The notes beneath the pieces were generated by a model. It was given only the letters and a program-made list of their open reading frames with translations. It did no database searches and had not been told where the DNA came from. This document shows, piece by piece, positions 47,514 to 57,615 of a DNA stretch of 64,000 nucleotides (the first letter of the stretch is position 1; the number at the start of each line of letters is the position of its first letter). This DNA comes from Myxococcota bacterium (GTDB lineage Bacteria; Myxococcota_A; Polyangia; Nannocystales; Nannocystaceae), in the NCBI GenBank assembly GCA_039194325.1, contig JBCCWC010000008.1, positions 76,019 through 140,018 on the forward strand, given 5' to 3'. A program made the position numbers and the translations under genes.

Positions 47514-50492
47514 GTGCCATTCGCGTACGATCTCTCGGGAACGCTCCTCGATCGGCGTTATCGGATCATCAAACTGCTCGGCAAGGGCGGCATGGGGCAT
47601 GTCTACGACGCGGAGCACGTCGGCCTCCAGCAACGCGTGGCGATCAAGGTGTTGCACCCCCGGTTTGCCCACGAGGAGCGGTTTCGGGAGCGCTTCATTC
47701 GCGAAGCACGATCGGCGTCGCGGATCCACCACCGCAACGTGGTGCGGATCTCGGACTTCGGCGAGACGCCAGACGGCTCGGTGTACTTCGCGATGGAGTT
47801 CCTCAAGGGGCACGACATCGGAGCCGAGCTGAAGAAGTCGGGGGCGATGGCCTGGCCCCGCGCGCGCCATATCCTGCGGCAGATCGTCGGGGCCCTCGAG
47901 GCCGCCCACGCCAAGAGCATCATTCACCGCGACATCAAGCCCGCCAACTGCTTTCTCACCGAAGACGAGGAGGAAGGGATCGTCGACTTCGTCAAGGTCC
48001 TCGACTTCGGGATCGCCAAGGTCGGCGACGACTCCCACCGCGATGCCCAAGGCAAGGGCCTGACGGGGACCGGCGAGGTCTTCGGGACCGCCACGTATAT
48101 GTCGCCCGAGCAGGCGTGCGGCAACAAGCTCGACCACCGCTCCGATCTCTACTCGCTCGGCGTCATGGCCTACGAGATGCTGGTGGGGCAAGTGCCGTTT
48201 CGCGGGATCAACTCGATCCACGTCATCACCCGACACCTCCAAGACGCCCCCGAGCCGCTGCGCAAGAGCAAGCCGGAGATCCCCGCCGACGTCGAGGCGC
48301 TGGTGCTCAAGACGCTCGCCAAGAAACGGGAGGATCGCTTCGCGTCGATGACCGAGCTCGGAAAAGCGCTCGATGCGATCTCCGACGCGAGCAGGGGACC
48401 CAAGGCCCGACCGCGGGATCCGAGCCGGAGCACGCTGGTGTGGGAAGGGAACGCGAAGTCGGCGGTCGAGCAGCCGCCGGCGGGACGCGGGGGCAAGGGC
48501 GACGCGAAGAGTGCACCGGCGGCCCAAGGAGGCGTGGCGGCAGGCAAGGCCGTCGCGACTTCGGCGGCCCAGACGGAGGTTGTCTCGCCGTCGCTCATGC
48601 GAGATCTGCGGGCCGAGTTCGGCAAGCAGCCCAGGGCCAAAGGCGCGGGGGTGCCGGTCGGGCGCTCGCAGTCGCCATCGGAATCGCTGCCGACCGCGCG
48701 AAACGAGCGGCCGCCGCGGTCGAGCCTGAAGCCACCGGGGGCGGCTGCGCGGGCACAGGGGGCGCCTGCGCGAGCACCGGGGGCGGTTGGGCGAGCACCG
48801 GGGGCAGTTGGGCAGGCACAGGGGGCGCCTGCGCGGGCATCCGGCGCGCCTGCGCGAGCACCGGTCGCGGCCGCGCGAGCACCGGTCGCGGCCGCAAGAA
48901 GCCCGGCCGCACCCATAAGAAGAAGCCACGCCGCACCCGTACCGGCCTCGGCCGTACCCGCGGGCGGCCGACCTGGGTCAGTGCCGGCACCGGTCGCACC
49001 CGCGGGTGGCCAACCCGGGTCAGTGCCGACCCCTTCGGCGGCAGGACGGCCAGCACCACCACGGGCGATCCGATCGCGAGGTGGCCCCGCCGGGCAAGCT
49101 ACGCCGATGTCGGCATATGCGGGGGCCGCAACGAGTGGGAACGCGCCGGCTTCGTCGCAACACATGGGGTCAAAGCCTCATATTACGCCAGGGATTTCAT
49201 CGGAGAGTTCGGGACCTCCGGCAACCGTGAATGTGTCGCGAGCGGGACTGAGGTCGTTGCCCCCAATGGCGGCTTCTTCGAGCTCTGCCCCGGGGTATGG
49301 AGCAGCAACATCCTCACAGACCGCAGGGACACCGGCTGGAGCGGTCGTGCCACCGCAAAGTCACCGGATGATGCCGGCGGGCTATCCGGCAGGATCCGCG
49401 GATCCCTCTGGGGAGTTGCTACCCGTGGGGGCCGGCTCGTCGCCAAACCACTCTGCACAGAACGTGCCCCCCGCTCAAGGAGCGAATCCACTGCCCGGCC
49501 GGGTCGACCCCTCGACGCCTCCGCCCGGCCGGGTCGACCCCTCGACTCCGCCGCCCGGCAGCGCCGATCCCTCGGTGCCGCCCTTCTCGTCGTGGAGCTC
49601 GGCAAGCACCGGGCCGTACGCCACGAGACGAGGAGATTCATCGGCGGAGACGAGCCCACATGCGCTGGAACCAGCCGAACCCTCGTCAAGGATCTCTGGG
49701 GGGATGTTGCTCGTGGTGGGGGTGTTGGTGCTCTGGGTGGGGGGAGTGTCGGCGGTCGGGACGATGTGGTTCTTGGGGACGCAGACGGAGGGGGGGGAGG
49801 GTGTCGCGCGGGAGGATGGCGAAGAAGCGGGTGATGAGGGCAGCCTGGGAGTGAAGAGCGATGCGAGCGTCCGGGATAGCGTCGAGGACGCGGGAGCTTC
49901 GGGTGGATCTGCTTCGTCGCCGGCGCCGATCTCCGGCGAGCAGCCCGGTGGTGATCCAGAACAGTCAGATAAGGACGAGCAGATTGCTCAAGGGGACAGC
50001 AAGGCGCAGGCGGCTACCAAGCTCGGTGAACAAGCGGAGAGTGACACGCCAAGTTCGCCAGAGCCGGGCAGTGATGATGGCGACCTCGTGATCGAGGACG
50101 ACCCTGCCGAATCAACCGCAACGTCAGGTAGCAACGAAGAAGAGACCAATCCCAACGCTGCGCCGGCTGACTCTACGCCTCCGGTCAGCGTACCGAGCGA
50201 TCCTCCGGCAACTTCTTCGCCGAGTCGACCCTTGCATGAGACCACCTCGTGCGCCGAACGGCGGGAAAGCGCACAGACGGCGAGTAAATCGAGGAACTGG
50301 AGGCACGTCGTCAAAGCAACCTCCAAGCGCAACTGCTGGCCCTCCGCCGAACAGGAAGAGAGACTCCGCTTGAAGGTATGGGCCTTGCTGGAGCTCGGTG
50401 AATTCGCCAAGTGCATCAAGACAGGGCGCAGTGCCAAGAACAAGCAGATCAAGACCATGGTGAAGTCGTGCGAGAAGAAACAGGCGTTATAG
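47514..50492 (+). CDS. Receptor-type Ser/Thr kinase A with long Pro/Ala linker, TM segment and 4-Cys C-terminal domain
   Basis: GKGGMG, VAIK, HRDIKPAN, DFG, GTATYMSPE; TM near aa 730-755; C-terminus CAERR...RNW...KRNCW...ELGEFAKC...SC. Confidence 0.93.
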   Translation: MPFAYDLSGTLLDRRYRIIKLLGKGGMGHVYDAEHVGLQQRVAIKVLHPRFAHEERFRERFIREARSASRIHHRNVVRISDFGETPDGSVYFAMEFLKGHDIGAELKKSGAMAWPRARHILRQIVGALEAAHAKSIIHRDIKPANCFLTEDEEEGIVDFVKVLDFGIAKVGDDSHRDAQGKGLTGTGEVFGTATYMSPEQACGNKLDHRSDLYSLGVMAYEMLVGQVPFRGINSIHVITRHLQDAPEPLRKSKPEIPADVEALVLKTLAKKREDRFASMTELGKALDAISDASRGPKARPRDPSRSTLVWEGNAKSAVEQPPAGRGGKGDAKSAPAAQGGVAAGKAVATSAAQTEVVSPSLMRDLRAEFGKQPRAKGAGVPVGRSQSPSESLPTARNERPPRSSLKPPGAAARAQGAPARAPGAVGRAPGAVGQAQGAPARASGAPARAPVAAARAPVAAARSPAAPIRRSHAAPVPASAVPAGGRPGSVPAPVAPAGGQPGSVPTPSAAGRPAPPRAIRSRGGPAGQATPMSAYAGAATSGNAPASSQHMGSKPHITPGISSESSGPPATVNVSRAGLRSLPPMAASSSSAPGYGAATSSQTAGTPAGAVVPPQSHRMMPAGYPAGSADPSGELLPVGAGSSPNHSAQNVPPAQGANPLPGRVDPSTPPPGRVDPSTPPPGSADPSVPPFSSWSSASTGPYATRRGDSSAETSPHALEPAEPSSRISGGMLLVVGVLVLWVGGVSAVGTMWFLGTQTEGGEGVAREDGEEAGDEGSLGVKSDASVRDSVEDAGASGGSASSPAPISGEQPGGDPEQSDKDEQIAQGDSKAQAATKLGEQAESDTPSSPEPGSDDGDLVIEDDPAESTATSGSNEEETNPNAAPADSTPPVSVPSDPPATSSPSRPLHETTSCAERRESAQTASKSRNWRHVVKATSKRNCWPSAEQEERLRLKVWALLELGEFAKCIKTGRSAKNKQIKTMVKSCEKKQAL

Positions 50493-51367
50493 TGAGGAGC
50501 ACACGAGTCCTGCAGAGGTCTAGCGCTTGGGCGCTCGGCGCTTTGATCTCGCTGGCGAGTGCTGAGACTGGAGCAACGAATAGCTCATCAACTGCTCCCC
50601 ATGACAACGTGGTGAGTCGCAATCGCGTCGCGAACGTAATGGTCAAGGTCGCTCCCTCGGTACCCGAAGCGGACACCATGGTGACCTGGCTCGAGGACCG
50701 CGCCCAGGCAGTCCTCAAGGTGCGCGGTGAGGCACTGGAAGACGTGGACCTAATTCGTATCATGGTCGACGGGGGGCCGTTCGACTATCGCGTGACGCTC
50801 GCGCTCTTTCGCCGGGAGAAAGCACTGCCTCCACAACAGCAACCGGAACCATTCGATTGCGACTGTAGTACCGAGCAGATGCTAGAGGGTATCGAAGCGC
50901 CGATCGGCGCCGCAGCGCAAACCCTAGAGGACTTTGCGGAGCAAGAGCACCGAGAACGAGACGAAGCGCTGGCCACCGCTAAACGACGACGAGCCGAAGA
51001 ACGCCGACGCCTACAAGTCGAGCAACGAGCAGCCGCACAGCAAGCAGCAGAGCAACAACCGACGCGATACCGGCCAACTCGGCTTGGTAGGACGGGGATC
51101 GGATTGCTGGGTGCCGGCGGCATGGCAACGCTGAGCGGGATCATCATGGTGACTCGGCCCGCCAAGCCGCTCCCTGGGTATCAGACTACAGTGCGCAACT
51201 GGGCACCTCCTGGGTTCGCGCTGCTCGGGGTCGGCGTGACGGCGATGGTCAGCGGCACCATCACCTTGGTAGCCGACATCGTCCGTTGTCGCCGAGAACC
51301 GAAACGCTGCAACGAGATATCGACACATGCCCACGTTTCAGTCTCGTCGAACATGGCGGGTCGGTGA
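50492..51367 (+). CDS. Secreted DY...CxC protein 1 (hypothetical)
   Basis: GTG overlaps the kinase stop; signal peptide; FDYRVTL...CDCSTEQML; Gly-rich hydrophobic hairpin. Confidence 0.75.
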   Translation: MRSTRVLQRSSAWALGALISLASAETGATNSSSTAPHDNVVSRNRVANVMVKVAPSVPEADTMVTWLEDRAQAVLKVRGEALEDVDLIRIMVDGGPFDYRVTLALFRREKALPPQQQPEPFDCDCSTEQMLEGIEAPIGAAAQTLEDFAEQEHRERDEALATAKRRRAEERRRLQVEQRAAAQQAAEQQPTRYRPTRLGRTGIGLLGAGGMATLSGIIMVTRPAKPLPGYQTTVRNWAPPGFALLGVGVTAMVSGTITLVADIVRCRREPKRCNEISTHAHVSVSSNMAGR

Positions 51368-51372
51368 CAAAT

Positions 51373-51984
51373 ATGACGCATATCGACCACATCATGGACA
51401 TGCGGACCTCCCGAGCACTCCGCGTACGCGTGATGGGCGGTATAATGTTCGGGCTCATGATTTCCGGCTGCTTACAACCGGACCCAGCTCACTGCATTTT
51501 TGGGTATGGCGATCGGTCCTGTGTGAATGAAGATGGCGAGATGTGTGTCTTGGGTACCACACGCCTCGTGCACGAAGGAGTCTCCAAAGGTTGCACAGAA
51601 GAACTCGCGGAAGGGTTCGTGCACGTCCCCTATGGTCTGCCAGAGGCTATCCTAGCTCCCGCTTCCCAACCGGAAGCTCCACGAGCAATCCAGGGAATGC
51701 TAGCCGAGCGTGGCTATATCGGCACATGCACCTCATCCGAAGAACTCGAATCGTACTTTCGGCCAACCGTGGTGGTGGTGGGGAAGGTCCGACGACACCT
51801 TGAAGAACGCGGGCGAGTACGACGTTCGACGCTGGATCTAACTGAATCCCAAAGCGAGATTATCCGCAACTTCGCCGACATCACCGATGACTGGATTCAG
51901 ACCTGCTCCGGTCGAGACCCGATGAGCGGCGCCAGTGCAGACTCGGACGCTGGTAGTTACTTGGGATCGGCGGACGGCCAATGA
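51373..51984 (+). CDS. Cys-module lipoprotein 1 (hypothetical)
   Basis: Lipobox ISGC; HCIFGYGDRSC...CVLGT...KGC; paralog of 53117..53728 (GFVHVPYGLP vs GYVRAPFGVP). Confidence 0.7.
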   Translation: MTHIDHIMDMRTSRALRVRVMGGIMFGLMISGCLQPDPAHCIFGYGDRSCVNEDGEMCVLGTTRLVHEGVSKGCTEELAEGFVHVPYGLPEAILAPASQPEAPRAIQGMLAERGYIGTCTSSEELESYFRPTVVVVGKVRRHLEERGRVRRSTLDLTESQSEIIRNFADITDDWIQTCSGRDPMSGASADSDAGSYLGSADGQ

Positions 51985-52125
51985 CCAACGCAATGCCCGC
52001 ATTTGCCTTTGCCATGCTCTTCCGTAGCTTGACTTCGAGCATCGCCGCTGCTGATCGAACCGAAGCGAGCAGCGCCCTGATGAGCACCGAGCTGGCTCAG
52101 TCGAAGCGAGCGTGAAGGTTGCCAG

Positions 52126-53076
52126 ATGTGCCGTGCGTTGGTGACATATTCGAGCAATCGATCTTTGCTTGGTAGGCATGCGCATAGTCTAGTGATCGGC
52201 ATCGGCGTGCTCGCCGGCGGCCTTGCCTTCCCCTACGCGGCCCACGGAGCAGATCCTGAGCGCGCGGCCAGTGCCAAGGCTCGAGCGAGGACCAACGGAA
52301 GAGCACAACCACCGCGACCGTACGCACCGAGCACGACGCAGCCGAGCTTCACACCGGCCGTCATGATCCCCACCGCAGCTTTGGACCCGATCCGTGTCAC
52401 TGTCGACCCTAGCATCGACAGTGCTGGGCTGTTACCCAGCTGGATCCGGGAGCGGAATCCTGCCGTCGCGGCTAACCTGCAGCGCAATCACGCGGACTCA
52501 TGGATCTCCGTGGCTCTCTCTGGGTCGACCTATGACTACCGCGTCACGGTGATCGCAATGCACAATGGAGAGGCCGTCGACGCACCGACGGAGCCCGTCA
52601 CCTGCGAGTGCAACAGTGGAGCTCTCCTCTCGACAATCGACGAAGAGATCGCCCGAGCCGCTGCGCAGCTAGATACGGCCCGCCTCCAGGCGTTGCGCGC
52701 CAGACTCACGTCGCCACCTTCGCGAGCTCCACCGCCGAAACGTCGGGATCCACTCGATAAGCTGAGCACCGCCGGCATGATCACGAGTTCGACCGGCGTT
52801 GCCCTGCTCGGCGCAGGCGCCGCACTCTCCGTCGTGGGAACGCAGGAGACTCGCGACTATCCGGGCTTCATCAACCGCGATTACCTGCCGCTCGGATATG
52901 TCGGGCTCTCGATGGGGATCGCTGCGGTCGCGAGTGGGGTGACCATGTTTGTCGTCCATCGTGTGCACCTACGGCATGCGCGGAGCACGAGAACAACCTC
53001 AGTAAAGAAGCGACGATCGACGCCAAAGGTCATCACCACGACTCGGCCCTTGGCACTCGTCATTCGTGCTCCCTGA
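52126..53076 (+). CDS. Secreted DY...CxC protein 2 (hypothetical)
   Basis: YDYRVTV...CECNSGALL; Gly-rich hydrophobic hairpin; start uncertain. Confidence 0.72.
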   Translation: MCRALVTYSSNRSLLGRHAHSLVIGIGVLAGGLAFPYAAHGADPERAASAKARARTNGRAQPPRPYAPSTTQPSFTPAVMIPTAALDPIRVTVDPSIDSAGLLPSWIRERNPAVAANLQRNHADSWISVALSGSTYDYRVTVIAMHNGEAVDAPTEPVTCECNSGALLSTIDEEIARAAAQLDTARLQALRARLTSPPSRAPPPKRRDPLDKLSTAGMITSSTGVALLGAGAALSVVGTQETRDYPGFINRDYLPLGYVGLSMGIAAVASGVTMFVVHRVHLRHARSTRTTSVKKRRSTPKVITTTRPLALVIRAP

Positions 53077-53116
53077 GGAGCGCTCGCCTTCTGAAAACCA
53101 TAGGAGCGCATGAACA

Positions 53117-53728
53117 ATGCCCTACGGCAACACTCACCGTCGTGAACTCTGCCTTCGTCCGACCGCTGCATTGTCGTCGCTCATTGCTGCGGCGCTTCTC
53201 CTTGCCAACGTGCGCTGCCTAAGCGTCCGCGATGAACACTGCGTGCTCACCGGCGGAGATTTCGCGTGTACATCGACGGAGATCTGCATCGTCCCGGCCG
53301 AACCTGTCGGCGCATCTCCCGTGAGCACCGAGAATGGATGCTACGCGTTCAAGAGCACTGAGAACCGCATGGAAATCGGCCTAGACGACGCACCCGCAGG
53401 GTATGTTCGGGCCCCGTTCGGTGTGCCCGCTCACTTTGACGCGAAGAGTGGAGAAGGACCATTGGACTCTCTCGAAGAAGTACTCAACGAAGCCCTACAC
53501 GAACGAGGGCACGATTGCGAACTAGAACTCACAACGAGCCTACGCAAGGATTGGTCGACAGTCTTCAGATGGCTGCGTGAAGAGCGCCTTGGCCGGCAAG
53601 GTCGCGTCAGTACACAGGCGCTCGCTCTTAATGAATGGAGGGTAGACGTACTGCACGAGTTCAATGTGATTCTCTTGAAGACTCTGGATCGATGTCATGA
53701 TCAATACAATTCTGGCGATGAAAATTGA
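53117..53728 (+). CDS. Cys-module secreted protein/lipoprotein 2 (hypothetical)
   Basis: Hydrophobic leader then C (non-canonical NVRC lipobox); HCVLTGGDFAC...C...NGC. Confidence 0.7.
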   Translation: MPYGNTHRRELCLRPTAALSSLIAAALLLANVRCLSVRDEHCVLTGGDFACTSTEICIVPAEPVGASPVSTENGCYAFKSTENRMEIGLDDAPAGYVRAPFGVPAHFDAKSGEGPLDSLEEVLNEALHERGHDCELELTTSLRKDWSTVFRWLREERLGRQGRVSTQALALNEWRVDVLHEFNVILLKTLDRCHDQYNSGDEN

Positions 53729-53863
53729 ACTCCAGATTGCCATTTGGATCACAGGACTATCCAGGATGTGTCATACTCTTCCATCAATTCAGCGTCTGTA
53801 GTATCAAGCATAGCCCCGTTCAGGTCCATGCCATCGCATTTCCTCTCCCAGAGAACTTTGAGG

Positions 53864-55339
53864 TCACTCACCCCCACCCAATCCGCATAAGCACATCCTT
53901 ACCGAGGTGGCGAAACCGACACATAGAGGATCCCATTCGTCCACACAGCACTCCGTGACTGCGGAACACACTTCGGCCGTGCAAGAAAAATTATCACAAC
54001 CCGGCGTGCCATTAGCACTACAGCAATCACCTGAAAAAGCGACACAGGCAGAAGTGTCATAGGTGCAGTCGGCCTGACAGGCCAGATCCCCGCCCAACAA
54101 CGGATCCAACGTCGTGCAAGTCGCTTCGCTTAGATCTTGTTCATCGCATTCCTCACTTCCTTCAACCACACCGTTTCCGCAAATAGCACATCCCGATGTG
54201 TCATATTCCGTACAGTTAACACACTGCAGATCACCGCTATGAAAGCCCAGAGATTCACATGTAGCACCTCCAAACAAGTTACCGTCACACAGTTCTCCTT
54301 CTTCCAGCTCAATGCCATCACAGTAGGACGAATCGCAATTCGTCGTATCGACCGCAACACACCCATCGCATGCCAAATTGCCACCAGCGAATCCCAACGT
54401 CTCACATGTGACACCATTCACAATAAGATCACCGTCGCACAACTCTCCTACACCCACAGTGCCATCGCCACAGCATCCCGATGTATCCCAGGTACAGTCA
54501 CTCGCACATGCAAGTCCGTCGCCAGAATAAGTAGAGTCCACAGCAGCGCACGTATGTCCACCAAGATTCAGTCCGTCGCAATCTTCATTCGCACCGACGA
54601 CCCCGTCTCCGCAACAACCCGATGTGTCATACGTTGAGCAGTCACTCGCACAACTCAAGACACCGCTGGAATGCCCCAGCGCCATACAGTCGATCCCCGC
54701 GAGATCACTCCCGTCGCAAACTTCATCGCCCTCGACTATGTCATTGCCGCAGCCAAACGAAATGCAGCCCGATTCGTCGAATGCACAGTCATCACCGCAG
54801 GACAGTTCCCCGGCATCGAACCCGCGCGATACACAACTTGCGCCCTTTAGATCTGTACCATCGCAATCCTCCCCCCCATCAATTGACCCATCGCCGCAGA
54901 AGATGCCAAGATCCGAGCTATCCGCAGTATCCGCATGAGTGCCTCCAATGGTCACCACCTCACCATCTTCACCGGACTTAGAACTGGACATTTCGTCGCC
55001 CACTTGACCGGACTCGGAACCAGACATTTCGTCGCCCAACGAACACTCTGCTCCGACCTCCCATGCTCCCCCTCCTCCACAGGGGCTATAGCAATCGTCC
55101 GGCGGTCGTTCTTCGATACAACCGTCGAAGCTGGCGTCGATATCTCGTCGCTCCTTGACCCAAGCGACGCAAGCGTCAGTACCAAGGAGACAGTAGTAGC
55201 TCGTCGAACCTCCACGCCGAGATTCGCAAAAAGCGTCCCCATTGATGTTGGAGCAGTAGTCGAGATTTACCGTAGTGAATTGACACCCACATATTGCAAT
55301 ACTGACCGCGAACCCGGCGAGAAACCTCTCAGCAGACAT
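53864..55339 (-). CDS. Cys-rich repeat lipoprotein (6 repeats)
   Basis: Lipobox ICGC; N-terminal YCSNINGDAFC module; six CGDG..E.CDG..L....C..LG...G.L.C...C..D.SGC units; terminal CC...CC...W...C module. Confidence 0.88.
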   Translation of the reverse strand: MSAERFLAGFAVSIAICGCQFTTVNLDYCSNINGDAFCESRRGGSTSYYCLLGTDACVAWVKERRDIDASFDGCIEERPPDDCYSPCGGGGAWEVGAECSLGDEMSGSESGQVGDEMSSSKSGEDGEVVTIGGTHADTADSSDLGIFCGDGSIDGGEDCDGTDLKGASCVSRGFDAGELSCGDDCAFDESGCISFGCGNDIVEGDEVCDGSDLAGIDCMALGHSSGVLSCASDCSTYDTSGCCGDGVVGANEDCDGLNLGGHTCAAVDSTYSGDGLACASDCTWDTSGCCGDGTVGVGELCDGDLIVNGVTCETLGFAGGNLACDGCVAVDTTNCDSSYCDGIELEEGELCDGNLFGGATCESLGFHSGDLQCVNCTEYDTSGCAICGNGVVEGSEECDEQDLSEATCTTLDPLLGGDLACQADCTYDTSACVAFSGDCCSANGTPGCDNFSCTAEVCSAVTECCVDEWDPLCVGFATSVRMCLCGLGGGE

Positions 55340-55393
55340 ATATTACACTCCTGTCCCAGAGGCCAATATAAGCCCTGTTGACTCTGAGGTCAC

Positions 55394-57613
55394 TCAGCTC
55401 CCGCCCAACCCGCACATGCACATCCCTGCAGAATCGGCAAGACCTACACATATAACATCCCATTCATCCACACAGCATTCTGAGCTTCCGGAACACACTT
55501 CAGCCGTGCAATCAAGATCATCACAACCCGGCGTATCATTGACACTACAGCAATCACCTGAAAAGCCGACGCAGCCAGAAGTATCATAGGTGCAGTCGGC
55601 CTGACAGGCCAGCATTCCACCTAACAACGGCTCCACCGTCGTGCAAGTCGCTTCGTTTAGATCTTGTCCGTCGCACTCCTCAAGGCCCTCGACTACACCG
55701 TTTCCACAAATAGCACATCCAGATGTATCATATCCTACACAATCGACACATGCTAGCACGCCACTATGGAAGCCAAGTGAAGAGCACGAAATCCCTCCCA
55801 AATCAGCACCATCACACAGTTCACCCCCTTCAATTACATTATTGTCACAGGTAGAAGAATAGCAAGCGGATGTATCCAACATGCAATCAGCAGTGCACCC
55901 GAGTGCCCCCCCCATGTAGCCAAATGATCCGCAACTCAGTCCTTCAGGAACAGAACCATCGCACAATTCTCCGATACCAATATTCCCGTCACCGCAGCAT
56001 CCTGTGGCATCAAACAGACAACCGTCTGTACATCCCAAGCCATCTCCTGAGTAGGCAGGATCCACTCCGGCACATGTTTGCCCGTCGAGATCATCACCAT
56101 CACAATCTTCCCCGGTTCCAATCTGCCCATCACCGCAACAGCCAGAAGTGTCGTATGCTCCGCACCCCGAATCGGGGTCACAGGCCAACGTACCTCCAAG
56201 AGCATGACCTAAGGATTCGCAAGTCACTTCTCCCGTATCATTACCGTCGCAAAGCTCGCCTCCCTCACGTATTCCATCTCCGCAAGATTCAGAGACACAT
56301 CCCGAAGTATCGTACCCTAGACAATCGGCGGCACAGGCCAAAGTTCCGGCAGCATAATCGAGATCCTCGCAAGTCTGCTCTAGAGGAGCCTCCGCCATAG
56401 GATCACAGAGCTCTCCGCTATCAATATCAACAACCCCATCCCCGCATTGACTACACCCGGAAACGTCAAAACCCAAGCAGTCACTCCGGCACTCCAGCGT
56501 CCCTCCGGCGAAGCCATAAGCCTGACAGTTTTCACTATCGGGAACATTACCATCACAAGTTTCCCCGATTCCAACATTCCCGTCCCCACAGCACCCCGAC
56601 GTATCATAGCCGGTGCAAGTAGAGTTGCATGCCAAGGCACCTCCAGTATAGCCGAGCATCCCGCAGTTCATGGACCTCAGATCGAGGCCATCGCATAGCT
56701 CTCCTAGCCCAGCAGCATCATCGCCACAGCACCCCGATGTATCCCAAGTGCAATCACTCGAACATCCAAGGCCGTCGCCAGAATATGTCGGGTTCACCTC
56801 AACGCACGTACGTCCACCAAGGTTCGACCCGTCGCAGTCTTCATTCGCACCGATGACCCCATCTCCGCAACACCCTGAGGTGTCATATGCGGAACAATCA
56901 CTGGCACAGCCCAAGACGCCGCCAGAATGGCCTAACGCCTCGCAATTCACTCCGGCGAGATTACCCCCGTCGCAGACTTCTTCGCCCTCGATTACACCGT
57001 TGCCGCAACCAAACGAAATACAGCCCGATTCGTCGAACGCACAGTCATCACCGCAGTACAACTCACCGGCATCGAACCCGCGTGACACACAGCTTGCCCC
57101 GTTCAGATCTGTGCCATCGCACTCTTCACCTTGATCAAGAACACCGTCTCCGCATAGGATACCGGAGCTCGTCGTTCCGTCCCCAGGACTTCCATCCCCA
57201 GAACCTTCCTCACTCGCCGACCCATCCCCCGGACCAGTCTCGCCACTTCCCCCGCTCTCCCATTGGTCACAGACTTCCTCGTTGTCTTGCCCTAATCCCC
57301 CTCCGCATGGGCTATAGCAATCTTCCGAAGGACGAAGCGCAACACACCCATCAAATGAGCCATTATTCTTCATCTCCTGCGGAAGCGACTCTATGCACAC
57401 ATCCGTTCCCAACATGCAGTATGGTCGGCTATCATCGCGATAGCGCGCCTCACAAAACACGTTCCCATTGATATTGGAACAATAGTTGATATCGACGCGC
57501 TCAATGGGACACCCCTGCCCCAGGGCAACGAATGTGAGACCAAAGAATACCTTCGTAAGCATTGGCATTCGAGTAGCGCCTGCATTCTTCGACGGATATA
57601 TTCTCTTCGACAT
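55394..57613 (-). CDS. Cys-rich repeat lipoprotein (11 repeats), paralog of 53864..55339
   Basis: Lipobox-like GQGC; same N- and C-terminal modules; eleven repeat units. Confidence 0.88.
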   Translation of the reverse strand: MSKRIYPSKNAGATRMPMLTKVFFGLTFVALGQGCPIERVDINYCSNINGNVFCEARYRDDSRPYCMLGTDVCIESLPQEMKNNGSFDGCVALRPSEDCYSPCGGGLGQDNEEVCDQWESGGSGETGPGDGSASEEGSGDGSPGDGTTSSGILCGDGVLDQGEECDGTDLNGASCVSRGFDAGELYCGDDCAFDESGCISFGCGNGVIEGEEVCDGGNLAGVNCEALGHSGGVLGCASDCSAYDTSGCCGDGVIGANEDCDGSNLGGRTCVEVNPTYSGDGLGCSSDCTWDTSGCCGDDAAGLGELCDGLDLRSMNCGMLGYTGGALACNSTCTGYDTSGCCGDGNVGIGETCDGNVPDSENCQAYGFAGGTLECRSDCLGFDVSGCSQCGDGVVDIDSGELCDPMAEAPLEQTCEDLDYAAGTLACAADCLGYDTSGCVSESCGDGIREGGELCDGNDTGEVTCESLGHALGGTLACDPDSGCGAYDTSGCCGDGQIGTGEDCDGDDLDGQTCAGVDPAYSGDGLGCTDGCLFDATGCCGDGNIGIGELCDGSVPEGLSCGSFGYMGGALGCTADCMLDTSACYSSTCDNNVIEGGELCDGADLGGISCSSLGFHSGVLACVDCVGYDTSGCAICGNGVVEGLEECDGQDLNEATCTTVEPLLGGMLACQADCTYDTSGCVGFSGDCCSVNDTPGCDDLDCTAEVCSGSSECCVDEWDVICVGLADSAGMCMCGLGGS

Positions 57614-57615
57614 CT

